From an uncultured SAR92 cluster bacterium (GTDB lineage Bacteria; Pseudomonadota; Gammaproteobacteria; Pseudomonadales; Porticoccaceae): DNA of 64,000 nucleotides. Below are positions 56,167 to 64,000 of the stretch, in pieces. Every line of letters begins with the position of its first letter. Position 1 is the first letter of the stretch. Both the position numbers and the translations under genes were made by a program. The notes under the pieces were generated by a model that worked only from the letters and a program-made list of their open reading frames with translations, made no database searches and was not told where the DNA came from. Location of the stretch: assembly GCA_902527245.1 (NCBI GenBank), contig CABZOI010000006.1, positions 50,778 through 114,777 of the forward strand, in the 5' to 3' direction.

Positions 56167-57929
56167 AGATTGTAAAAAGTATTTTGATAGCAATAACCAT
56201 ACTCTTCAATGGTTGTTCAACTGAGCAACCGACAGAATCAGTAACATTAAACTTGTTGTATGACGAAATATGGGATCACCAAATGATATCATTTCCCACG
56301 TATGCAACTTATGTCGGATACCCAGGGCAAAATGGCCGGTGGTCTGACCCAAGCTTACAATTTTTGGAAAAATATGAAGTCTCGAGAATAAATTTCCTGA
56401 GGCGTCTTCAAGATATTGATCAATCACAACTTACTGATAGAGAAGTATTGGGTCTAAAACTCATTACGCAAAATCTACAAATTCAAACAGAGGGCTTCAA
56501 ATTTCCTGAGGAGTTTATTCTGATTCATCAAAGATCTGGCGTTCAGCAAGATATTTCAGACGTACTTTCTATCATGCCAAAAAATTCACTAAAAGACTTT
56601 GAGGATCGCCTAGAGCGCTTGAGGAAAGCGCCTGAGTACATTGGCAAAACAATTGATGTGCTCAGAATAGGCCTTGAAAAGAACATAACACCTCCAAAAA
56701 TTACATTAAGAGATGTTCCCCAGCAAATCAAAAATACTATTCCCACTGAGATTTCAAACAGTCCTCTGCTCAATAGTTTCAATAATTTCCCAGTCAGCAT
56801 GACTGAAGAAGATAAAAATAGAATCGTAACACAAGCAGAATCGATTGTTGAAACTGAAGTATACCCTGCATTCGAAAAACTCTATGACTTTCTTGTTGAA
56901 GAGTATATACCTAATTCAAACGAGTCCATCGCACTGTCTGACAACCCTGATGGTAAAGAATGGTACAAACATCGTGCCCGACAATTTACGACAACTCAGC
57001 TGCAACCAAAAGAAATTCATGACCTGGGATTAAATGAGGTCGCGAGGATCAAAGCTGAGATGGATGACGTTATAACAAAATCTGGTTTCGAGGGATCATT
57101 TGATGAGTTCACAAATTTCTTGAGAACTGATCCTCAGTTTTATGCCAAAACGGAAGAAGAATTGTTATCTGGCTATCGAGATATTGCAAAAAAAGCCGAT
57201 CCGGAGTTACCAAAACTTTTTGGCAAGCTGCCTAGAATGCCATATGGAATAATTGAAATTCCAAGCTATGCGGCAAAATCGCAAACTACTGCATATTACC
57301 GAGGAGGGTCACAAAAAGATGGACGCGCTGGATATTTTTATGCGAATACTTATGCTTTAAACACTCGACCCAAGTGGGAAATGGAAGCACTTACACTTCA
57401 CGAGGCAATGCCAGGACATCACTTACAGATATCGCTGGCAAAGGAGCTACCCGAGACACATCCTTTGATTCAAAATCTGAGCTACACTGGGTTTGTAGAG
57501 GGTTGGGGGCTGTATGCTGAAAGTTTAGGAACAGAGATGGGATTCTACAAAGATCCATATAGTAAATTTGGACAACTAACTTATGAGATGTGGAGGGCGG
57601 TCCGGTTAGTTGTTGATACGGGCATGCATTATTTTGGTTGGAGCAGAGATGAAGCAATCAGCTACTTTGCAGCTAACACGCCGAAGAGCCTGCATGATAT
57701 TGAAGTGGAGATTGATAGATATATCTCGTGGCCGGGGCAAGCTCTTGCATATAAGATCGGAGAATTAAAGTTTAAAGACCTACGTCAGAGAGCAACCGAA
57801 ACACTCGGTGACAAATTTGATATAAGAGAGTTCCATGATGAGCTACACAAAAAAGGAGCCCTACCATTGGATATTTTAGATGAACAAATGAATAATTGGT
57901 TGGATAAAAAAAACACTAGCGTAATGTAG
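56163..57929 (+). CDS. DUF885-family (lipo)protein, tandem paralogue
   Basis: LFNGC possible lipobox. LHEAMPGHHLQ, GWGLYAE and RYISWPGQALAYKIG motifs. The ATGA overlaps the upstream paralogue. Confidence 0.8.
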   Translation: MKIVKSILIAITILFNGCSTEQPTESVTLNLLYDEIWDHQMISFPTYATYVGYPGQNGRWSDPSLQFLEKYEVSRINFLRRLQDIDQSQLTDREVLGLKLITQNLQIQTEGFKFPEEFILIHQRSGVQQDISDVLSIMPKNSLKDFEDRLERLRKAPEYIGKTIDVLRIGLEKNITPPKITLRDVPQQIKNTIPTEISNSPLLNSFNNFPVSMTEEDKNRIVTQAESIVETEVYPAFEKLYDFLVEEYIPNSNESIALSDNPDGKEWYKHRARQFTTTQLQPKEIHDLGLNEVARIKAEMDDVITKSGFEGSFDEFTNFLRTDPQFYAKTEEELLSGYRDIAKKADPELPKLFGKLPRMPYGIIEIPSYAAKSQTTAYYRGGSQKDGRAGYFYANTYALNTRPKWEMEALTLHEAMPGHHLQISLAKELPETHPLIQNLSYTGFVEGWGLYAESLGTEMGFYKDPYSKFGQLTYEMWRAVRLVVDTGMHYFGWSRDEAISYFAANTPKSLHDIEVEIDRYISWPGQALAYKIGELKFKDLRQRATETLGDKFDIREFHDELHKKGALPLDILDEQMNNWLDKKNTSVM

Positions 57930-58587
57930 ACAATGCAAAAATTTTACTTATCTGACAAAGTGGCATCTTTATTTCTTTGCTAATCTCATTGAATATTTCC
58001 TGAAGTCTGAATAGATCCTTCATACTGCCATTACTATGAGTCTTAATGTACCCGTACTTTTTAAGTGCTACTAAAACATCATTCGTGGCTAAAAAGGTAT
58101 CTTTGCCTATAATCCTCAAGACAAGAGGTCCTGTCATGCCTCCCAGTCTTGATCCCTCTTTTTTCATCTGTCGCCATAGTTCAACGACTCTATCACTGGG
58201 CCACGATGCAATATAATTAGCATAACTTCCATATTCATGTTCCTTGTCTAGGATGTATGCTGCATTCGTCCTTGTTGCTAAGATTTTTGTAGGATGTCGA
58301 ATAATAGATTTATAAGTTGCTATTTCCTCTAATCTTTCATCGCTCAAATAGGCTACTGCCAATGGATTAAAGTTAAGAAATACTTCCTCAAAATTAGGCC
58401 ACTTATTGTCAACGACTCTCCAGACAAATCCCGCTCTAAAAATACATCGAGCCATTGTAGACAAATATCGATCATCACTTATCTTTGATAGAAGATTTGA
58501 ACTGCAAGGTTTTGGCAAAAGTTCCATGAGTTTTTTATGTGAACCAGTTCTTATTACTGCCTCATTGTAAATTTCACTAAAATCCAT
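57916..58587 (-). CDS. tag: DNA-3-methyladenine glycosylase I family (Tag-like) protein
   Basis: The core (IFRAGFVWRVVDNKWPNFEEVF.NF...IIRHPTKILATRTNAAYI) is colinear with the E. coli Tag core as recalled. The N-terminal zinc-snap CGW/YHD.EWG motif is not evident. Confidence 0.6.
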   Translation of the reverse strand: MDFSEIYNEAVIRTGSHKKLMELLPKPCSSNLLSKISDDRYLSTMARCIFRAGFVWRVVDNKWPNFEEVFLNFNPLAVAYLSDERLEEIATYKSIIRHPTKILATRTNAAYILDKEHEYGSYANYIASWPSDRVVELWRQMKKEGSRLGGMTGPLVLRIIGKDTFLATNDVLVALKKYGYIKTHSNGSMKDLFRLQEIFNEISKEIKMPLCQISKIFALSTLR

Positions 58588-58609
58588 AAATCTTTTCCAG
58601 TAAATTATC

Positions 58610-59239
58610 TCAAGTCAGCAAAGCCACAAGAAAATACAATGAAGAACCTATTAAGACATAGGAAAATCCTTTGCTTACATATTCCTCTCTACCTTTGAAG
58701 ATGTTTGTATATTGACTCTGCAATATCAAATACGAAACAAACACATACCAGGATATATCAACTAAAGTTGCAATCAATGCGAGAGAGAGCTTCATTGACA
58801 CCTGCGAGTGGACATCAATGAATTGAGCAAAAAATGCAGAAAAAAATAAAATTATTTTGGGATTTATAGCCGCAATTAAAAATCCGTCTTTAACAACACT
58901 AAATGTCGACCTACTGGGAGTCTTGTATACTTTTTCTCCGTCAGTATCCCAGCTAAAATGATACATATTCCACGCCAAATACAACAAAAAAATACATCCG
59001 AAAGTTCTAATTAAGGGAAGAATGATATCGCTGCTTTGTATAATCAGCGTGATTCCAAAAACCGTAAGCAAAGCATAAATACCGACACCAACTCCGTGAC
59101 TGATCGAAGTTATGACTCCATATCTAAAACCTAACGACATAGTATTATGAGAGACTACAACAAGACTTGGACCTGGTGACATCGCTCCTAAAAGACAAGT
59201 TACTACAGCCAAAAACCAAAAGTTGATATCTATAATCAC
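58610..59239 (-). CDS. LysE/RhtB family amino-acid exporter
   Basis: ~210 aa, 6 TM, N-terminal MSPGPS motif. Confidence 0.8.
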   Translation of the reverse strand: MIIDINFWFLAVVTCLLGAMSPGPSLVVVSHNTMSLGFRYGVITSISHGVGVGIYALLTVFGITLIIQSSDIILPLIRTFGCIFLLYLAWNMYHFSWDTDGEKVYKTPSRSTFSVVKDGFLIAAINPKIILFFSAFFAQFIDVHSQVSMKLSLALIATLVDISWYVFVSYLILQSQYTNIFKGREEYVSKGFSYVLIGSSLYFLVALLT

Positions 59240-59241
59240 AC

Positions 59242-60114
59242 CTACTTGTTAACTTCACTTAAAGACAATAATAGATCTGGATAATCTGTGATAATTCCAT
59301 CAACACCTAAGTTTATAAGTTTTTCCATCTTCTCAGTGTTATTGACCGTCCAAACGTCCACCTTCATATTCATCTCATGAAAAAACTCGATAATATTAAA
59401 TCTTACCATCGGAGAATCAAAAATCTGATAGGGAAGCTGAACCGAGTAACCTGAAGATCTGAATAAATTTCCTAATCCAATACTTTTAAGAATATATGCC
59501 CACGTAATCTCACTTCGTCCCAATGACGTCGCCACATGTGGACACTCATCCCTGAAGATTTTTAAGGTGTGAGTGTTAAATGATCCAATAAGAACACGTT
59601 TATGTGCGTCACTTTTAGTAATAATGTCACACACAGCTTTGGTTACCTTGGGTTCAGTTGGTTTTATTTCAATCATAAATCTTTGTGAAGGAAATAACTC
59701 AAAAAATGACGCAAGTAATGAAATTGGAAAAGAGAGATTTTTATCGGCATTGGGGAAATCCAGTTTGTTAAATCCAAACTTATATTCACTCAACTCCTTA
59801 AAACTCATCTCTCTTATAAATCCCGCACCATTCGAGGTGGATTCAATAGTTGCATCATGCCTTACCACTATCATTTCATCTTTTGTCATTTGAATATCTA
59901 ATTCAACTATTGAGGACCCCAGAGAAATCGCATTTTTCGCTGCTGCTAACGTATTCCCGGGCATCAAGCCTCTACCAGCTCGATGAGCAATCACCAAGCC
60001 ATCTGCATCACCATAGAAAGAAACATTTTTGACAGGTTTTGGTGGGATGAGCATCAGACAGCCATACACAAGTAAAACTATCGATAACAGTGCAGAAACA
60101 ATTTTCATGGGCAA
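59242..60114 (-). CDS. Glycerophosphodiester phosphodiesterase family protein (membrane-anchored or exported)
   Basis: VIAHRAG...PGNTL, ELDIQMTKDEMIVVRHD, and C-terminal GVDGIITDYP. Confidence 0.8.
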   Translation of the reverse strand: MPMKIVSALLSIVLLVYGCLMLIPPKPVKNVSFYGDADGLVIAHRAGRGLMPGNTLAAAKNAISLGSSIVELDIQMTKDEMIVVRHDATIESTSNGAGFIREMSFKELSEYKFGFNKLDFPNADKNLSFPISLLASFFELFPSQRFMIEIKPTEPKVTKAVCDIITKSDAHKRVLIGSFNTHTLKIFRDECPHVATSLGRSEITWAYILKSIGLGNLFRSSGYSVQLPYQIFDSPMVRFNIIEFFHEMNMKVDVWTVNNTEKMEKLINLGVDGIITDYPDLLLSLSEVNK

Positions 60115-60135
60115 TACTTAAACAGTAATTGAGTG

Positions 60136-62073
60136 CTAAGTCTCTCGATATCTATTTTCAATAAGATCTAAAATGACATTTGGATCGGCTAAAGTTGATG
60201 TATCACCGAGCTCATCTACATCATTTGCAGCTATTTTCCTCAAAATACGTCGCATTATTTTTCCGGATCTAGTTTTAGGTAGGCCAGGTGCCCATTGAAT
60301 GATATCTGGTTTTGCGATTGGGCCGATTTCCTTTTTGCACAAATCGATCAACTCAGAGTGGATTTCATCGCAAGGCGATGTGCCCTCCATAAGTGTTACA
60401 TAACAATAGATACCTTGTCCCTTTATCGGGTGAGGAAAACCTACTACAGCTGCCTCGGCAACAAGTTTGTGTAATACCAAAGCTGACTCAATTTCAGCCG
60501 TACCCATTCTGTGGCCGGATACATTCAAAACATCATCCACCCTTCCTGTTATCCAGAAGTATCCATCCTTGTCTCTTTTGGCACCATCACCAGTAAAGTA
60601 ATATCCGGGAAAAGGTTTAAAATAAGTTTCGTAAAACCGATTATGATCTCCATATACTGACCGTAACTGACTCGGCCATGAACGCTTTATCATCAAAAGT
60701 CCCTCGCCCGGACCTTCAATTTCTTGGCCATCTTTATCTAGCAACGCAGGCTGAATACCAAAAAAAGGTAATGTAGCGGACCCGGGTTTTAATGGTGTAG
60801 CTCCTGGGAGTGGCGTTAACATATGCGCGCCCGTCTCTGTTTGCCACCATGTATCAACGATCGGGCAATTGGTCTCACCAACTACGGAGTAATACCATTC
60901 CCATGCCTCGGGATTAATAGGTTCACCAACGGTACCCAAAATCCTTAATGACTTTCTAGAGGTCTTTTCTACAAAGTCATTGCCCAATCCCATCAATGCT
61001 CTTATGGCTGTTGGCGCAGTGTAAAATTGATTAACTCTGTGTTTATCAATAACCTGCCAAAACCGAGACGCATCTGGATAAGTCGGCACGCCCTCAAACA
61101 TTAAAGTTGTTCCACCGTTACACAGCGGGCCATAAACTATGTATGAATGTCCTGTAACCCAACCAACGTCCGCAGTGCACCAGTAAATATCACCATCTTT
61201 ATAGTCAAAAGTATACTTATGAGTCATTGCAGCCATCAGAAGGTATCCACCTGTCGTATGCATCACTCCTTTTGGTTTACCCGTGGAACCTGATGTATAC
61301 AAAATAAATAGTGGATCCTCAGAGTCCATTATTTCAGGTTCACAAGAAGCATCATAATTGTTAACCTGCTCGTACCAAATATCTCGTCCCTCTAGCCAAT
61401 CAACATTTTTGGAGGTTCTCTTCACAAACAGACAGGTGTGCACAGATGGACAATCTGTTAAGGCAAGATCCACATTTCTCTTCAATGGAATACTTTTGCC
61501 CCCACGAATCCCCTCATTTGCAGAAATAACAACTTTACAATTGCTATCTAGTATTCGATCTTTTAAAGCTTCTGGCGAGAATCCACCAAAAACAACTGAG
61601 TGAATTGCTCCAATCCGCGTACAAGCCAACATCGCATATGCCGCCTCGGGGACCATTGGCATGTATATGCAGACTCGATCTCCTTTCTTGACACCCCTTG
61701 CTCTTAATAAATTTCCAAGCTTACAAACCTCTGAGTAGAGTTCTTCATAAGAAATGTGTTTACTGTCCTCGGGTGAGTCTCCCTCCCATATTATTGCAAT
61801 CTTTTCTCTATTATCAGTCAGGTGTCTATCAATACAGTTTGTGGAAACATTCAACTTACCATCAAGAAACCACTTGGCATCGCCCGTAAGAAAGTTCTCA
61901 GAACAAATTTCACTCCAACTAGCGTCCCAAGTTAAAAATTTTTCTGCTTGTTCTGCCCAAAATTTATCTGGCTCACTAATCGAAGCTTCATACATTTCAA
62001 GATAACTATCCTTATTAATCAAGGCAGTATTAGAAATATTATCCCTCACTGGATAAATTTTGTGTGCACTCAT
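60136..62073 (-). CDS. acs: Acetyl-CoA synthetase
   Basis: [14 protein letters not shown]-binding motif, WWQTETG, C-terminal [12 protein letters not shown] prefer the ATG at 62073 (MSAHKIYPV...). The track start at 62109 is a TTG overlapping the upstream stop. Confidence 0.9.
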   Translation of the reverse strand: MSAHKIYPVRDNISNTALINKDSYLEMYEASISEPDKFWAEQAEKFLTWDASWSEICSENFLTGDAKWFLDGKLNVSTNCIDRHLTDNREKIAIIWEGDSPEDSKHISYEELYSEVCKLGNLLRARGVKKGDRVCIYMPMVPEAAYAMLACTRIGAIHSVVFGGFSPEALKDRILDSNCKVVISANEGIRGGKSIPLKRNVDLALTDCPSVHTCLFVKRTSKNVDWLEGRDIWYEQVNNYDASCEPEIMDSEDPLFILYTSGSTGKPKGVMHTTGGYLLMAAMTHKYTFDYKDGDIYWCTADVGWVTGHSYIVYGPLCNGGTTLMFEGVPTYPDASRFWQVIDKHRVNQFYTAPTAIRALMGLGNDFVEKTSRKSLRILGTVGEPINPEAWEWYYSVVGETNCPIVDTWWQTETGAHMLTPLPGATPLKPGSATLPFFGIQPALLDKDGQEIEGPGEGLLMIKRSWPSQLRSVYGDHNRFYETYFKPFPGYYFTGDGAKRDKDGYFWITGRVDDVLNVSGHRMGTAEIESALVLHKLVAEAAVVGFPHPIKGQGIYCYVTLMEGTSPCDEIHSELIDLCKKEIGPIAKPDIIQWAPGLPKTRSGKIMRRILRKIAANDVDELGDTSTLADPNVILDLIENRYRET

Positions 62074-62105
62074 AAATGGAGATCCTATTAATCCTTTTAT
62101 TTCAC

Positions 62106-62960
62106 TCAATTATTTTTATATCGTGTCGGCTTTAAACTACGATTTATTTTTTCCATATGATTCAAAAAATCAGGCCCTTTCCGCAGAATAAAACCTGTAG
62201 CCAATACATCAAGAATCACTAGATGCACTATTCTGGAGGTCATTGCCATATATTCCTCAGTATTTTCTGATACTGAAACTTCAAGAGCAAAATTGCTTTT
62301 TTTTGCCAACATTGAGCCTGGTGTTGTCAGACCAACAACTCTAGCTCCATTTGCTTGTGCATCATCAGCCGCGTCAATAATAGCCTTTGTACGTCCGGTA
62401 TGAGAGATCATAAAAAACAAATCGCCTGGTTTTGCCGCTGCAGAGAGCATGCGCATTGTTAAAACATCTACATGAAAAGACACTGGGAGATCAAATCTAA
62501 AAAACTTATTTTCTGCATCTCTTGCCACGGCACCTGATGTGCCTAATCCAAAGAAAAAGATACGCCTTGCCGATAGCAACTGATCCACTACCTTCTCGAC
62601 AAGACTCAAGTCTATTTGATTTTTTATGGCTACTAGATCATGAATCGCGTTATCAAAGATTTTAGGCGTATATTTTGAGACATTATCATTTAGTTGCACA
62701 TTACTGTTTACAAATTTAACGCCACTTACTAAACATTGTGCCAGTTTCAGCTTAAAATCAGGGAATCCAGCAGTGCCAAAGCGTTTACAAAAGCGATTTA
62801 CACTGGGCTCACTTACACCCGCTTTTTTAGCTAAATTAGCGATACTTGAGCCAGTTGCTGCTTCGGGATCTGCAAGAATTGCACTTGCAACCTTTTTTTC
62901 AGATTTATTGAGTGTTTCAAAGGTCACATTAATTGAGCTCAATAAATTTTGGTAATTCAT
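62106..62960 (-). CDS. hexR: MurR/RpiR-family regulator, HexR-like (HTH + SIS domain)
   Basis: [39 protein letters not shown], then a SIS domain (FFFGLGTSG). Divergent from gap, with HexR-type palindromes in between. Confidence 0.8.
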   Translation of the reverse strand: MNYQNLLSSINVTFETLNKSEKKVASAILADPEAATGSSIANLAKKAGVSEPSVNRFCKRFGTAGFPDFKLKLAQCLVSGVKFVNSNVQLNDNVSKYTPKIFDNAIHDLVAIKNQIDLSLVEKVVDQLLSARRIFFFGLGTSGAVARDAENKFFRFDLPVSFHVDVLTMRMLSAAAKPGDLFFMISHTGRTKAIIDAADDAQANGARVVGLTTPGSMLAKKSNFALEVSVSENTEEYMAMTSRIVHLVILDVLATGFILRKGPDFLNHMEKINRSLKPTRYKNN

Positions 62961-63037
62961 TTCAAAAACTTCTCTCTGCCCAAAAAATAATGTTTACGTA
63001 TATTAATTGTAAGTACATTCTTAAGACCATCATATTC

Positions 63038-63052
63038 TGTAATAAAATAACA
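63038..63052. promoter_or_regulatory. HexR-type operator, hexR-proximal (one mismatch)
   Basis: TGTAAT-AAA-ATAACA, in the hexR/gap divergent region. Confidence 0.45.
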
Positions 63053-63058
63053 TTTTAA

Positions 63059-63087
63059 TTGAATAAAAACCTAGAAATTTATATACT
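63059..63087 (+). promoter_or_regulatory. Candidate sigma70 promoter of gap
   Basis: TTGAAT (63059-63064), 17-nt spacer, TATACT (63082-63087). The perfect HexR palindrome starts 4 nt downstream. Confidence 0.4.
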
Positions 63088-63090
63088 TTA

Positions 63091-63105
63091 TGTAATTTTA
63101 TTACA
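63091..63105. promoter_or_regulatory. HexR-type operator, perfect palindrome
   Basis: TGTAAT-TTT-ATTACA, 12 nt upstream of the gap ATG. Confidence 0.65.
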
Positions 63106-63116
63106 GAATTACTCAT

Positions 63117-64000
63117 ATGTTAAATATTGCCATTAATGGTTTTGGTCGGATAGGAAGAAATATAGTTAGGGCATATTATGAGCGGCCTGAGTTGCATCAA
63201 AAAATTAAGATTGTTGCGATAAACGACTTAGGAGATTCATCAATCAATGCACATCTTTTACAATTTGATTCTGTTCACGGGTATTTTCATAAAATAGTGA
63301 CACATGATGAGCATTCCCTGGCAGTTGAAAACAACAAAATTCTGTGTTTTAGCGAGAGAGATCCCTCAAAACTTCCATGGAAAGAGCACAAAATTGATCT
63401 AGTGTGCGAATGCACGGGCTTGTTCACAGATAAGCAGAGTGCCGCGAAACACATAACCGCTGGTGCAAAAAAAGTACTAATCTCAGCCCCCGGTAAAAAT
63501 GTAGATGCGACTGTTGTTTATGGCATTAATGATCAATCCCTTAAGTCTACAGATAAAATCATATCAAATGCATCTTGTACTACGAATTGTCTAGCGCCTA
63601 TTGCAAAACCACTAAATGATAGTCTCGGAATAGAAACTGGATTAATGACAACGATTCATGCTTATACAAATGATCAACAACTCTCTGACTCCTACCACTC
63701 TGACGTATACCGAGCGCGCTCAGCAACTATGTCAATGATACCAACTAAAACTGGTGCTGCGTCAGCCATAAGTGAAGTCATCCCAGAATTAATTGGGAAA
63801 CTTGATGGGATGGCTGTGAGGGTGCCTACCATAAATGTATCACTTGTTGATTTTTCATTTAATGCAACCAGAGAAACCTCTAAAGAGGAGGTAAATACGA
63901 TAATCAAAGATGCCGCAGAAAATAGTCTCCAAGGGATTTTAAATTATTCTGACAAGCCCCTTGTCTCGATCGATTACAATCATAATCCTCACTCTAGTAA
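63117..64000 (+). CDS. gap: Glyceraldehyde-3-phosphate dehydrogenase (3' end beyond the window; absent from the ORF track)
   Basis: Hand translation gives [19 protein letters not shown]..., active-site [12 protein letters not shown], and [10 protein letters not shown]. Open to the window edge. Confidence 0.9.
   Translation, partial: MLNIAINGFGRIGRNIVRAYYERPELHQKIKIVAINDLGDSSINAHLLQFDSVHGYFHKIVTHDEHSLAVENNKILCFSERDPSKLPWKEHKIDLVCECTGLFTDKQSAAKHITAGAKKVLISAPGKNVDATVVYGINDQSLKSTDKIISNASCTTNCLAPIAKPLNDSLGIETGLMTTIHAYTNDQQLSDSYHSDVYRARSATMSMIPTKTGAASAISEVIPELIGKLDGMAVRVPTINVSLVDFSFNATRETSKEEVNTIIKDAAENSLQGILNYSDKPLVSIDYNHNPHSS

Noticed and set aside
62074-62109. TTG-initiated 12-codon extension of acs
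   Set aside because: The ORF simply runs back to the hexR stop codon. The ATG at 62073 aligns with the usual Acs N-terminus and has an AGGA upstream.
1-64000. CRISPR arrays, IS elements, REP-like dispersed repeats
   Set aside because: Reading the intergenic regions, all 270 nt or shorter, I saw no regularly spaced direct repeats, no terminal inverted repeats flanking an ORF, and no repeated intergenic palindromes. This is a by-eye assessment, and a k-mer repeat scan would be decisive.

Overview
AT-rich 64-kb chromosomal segment. The synteny hslVU - DUF971 - ubiE-ubiJ-ubiB - tatABC, plus hexR/gap, msrPQ and sit/yfe-type genes, points to a Gammaproteobacterium. The four TonB-dependent receptors (TBDRs) suggest a marine oligotroph such as SAR86, but that is inference only. 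I support about 60 CDS, including tatA and a 3'-truncated gap that the ORF track missed. I also support two tRNAs (Val-TAC, Asp-GTC), one TPP riboswitch, two clear intrinsic terminators and a pair of HexR-type operators. I found no transposase, integrase, phage gene, CRISPR array or recognisable defence system, so the window looks like core or metabolic genome. The candidates for undescribed biology are: (1) a translationally coupled five-gene cluster at 31192-37795 built around a clear homologue of alkyl-DHAP synthase (AGPS), with GlpD-like, FGGY kinase and two SDR genes, suggesting an aerobic ether-lipid or alkylglycerol pathway; (2) a tightly packed five-gene minus-strand operon at 22640-28295 combining an APC permease, a DDAH-like guanidino hydrolase, a BNR/sialidase-fold lipoprotein, an exported NAPE-PLD-like metallo-hydrolase and a class-C beta-lactamase-fold esterase; (3) a TBDR joined through an internal terminator hairpin to a TPR-fused PAPS-type sulfotransferase at 12704-17361; (4) a structured element just downstream of tRNA-Asp carrying a 14-nt identity to the universal 16S rRNA 3' terminus; (5) a TPP-riboswitch-controlled thiamine scavenging operon (TBDR, YkoF-like, PnuC-like, ThiK-like) that appears to run on into msrB. 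All functional calls rest on motif recognition by eye. No database search was run.
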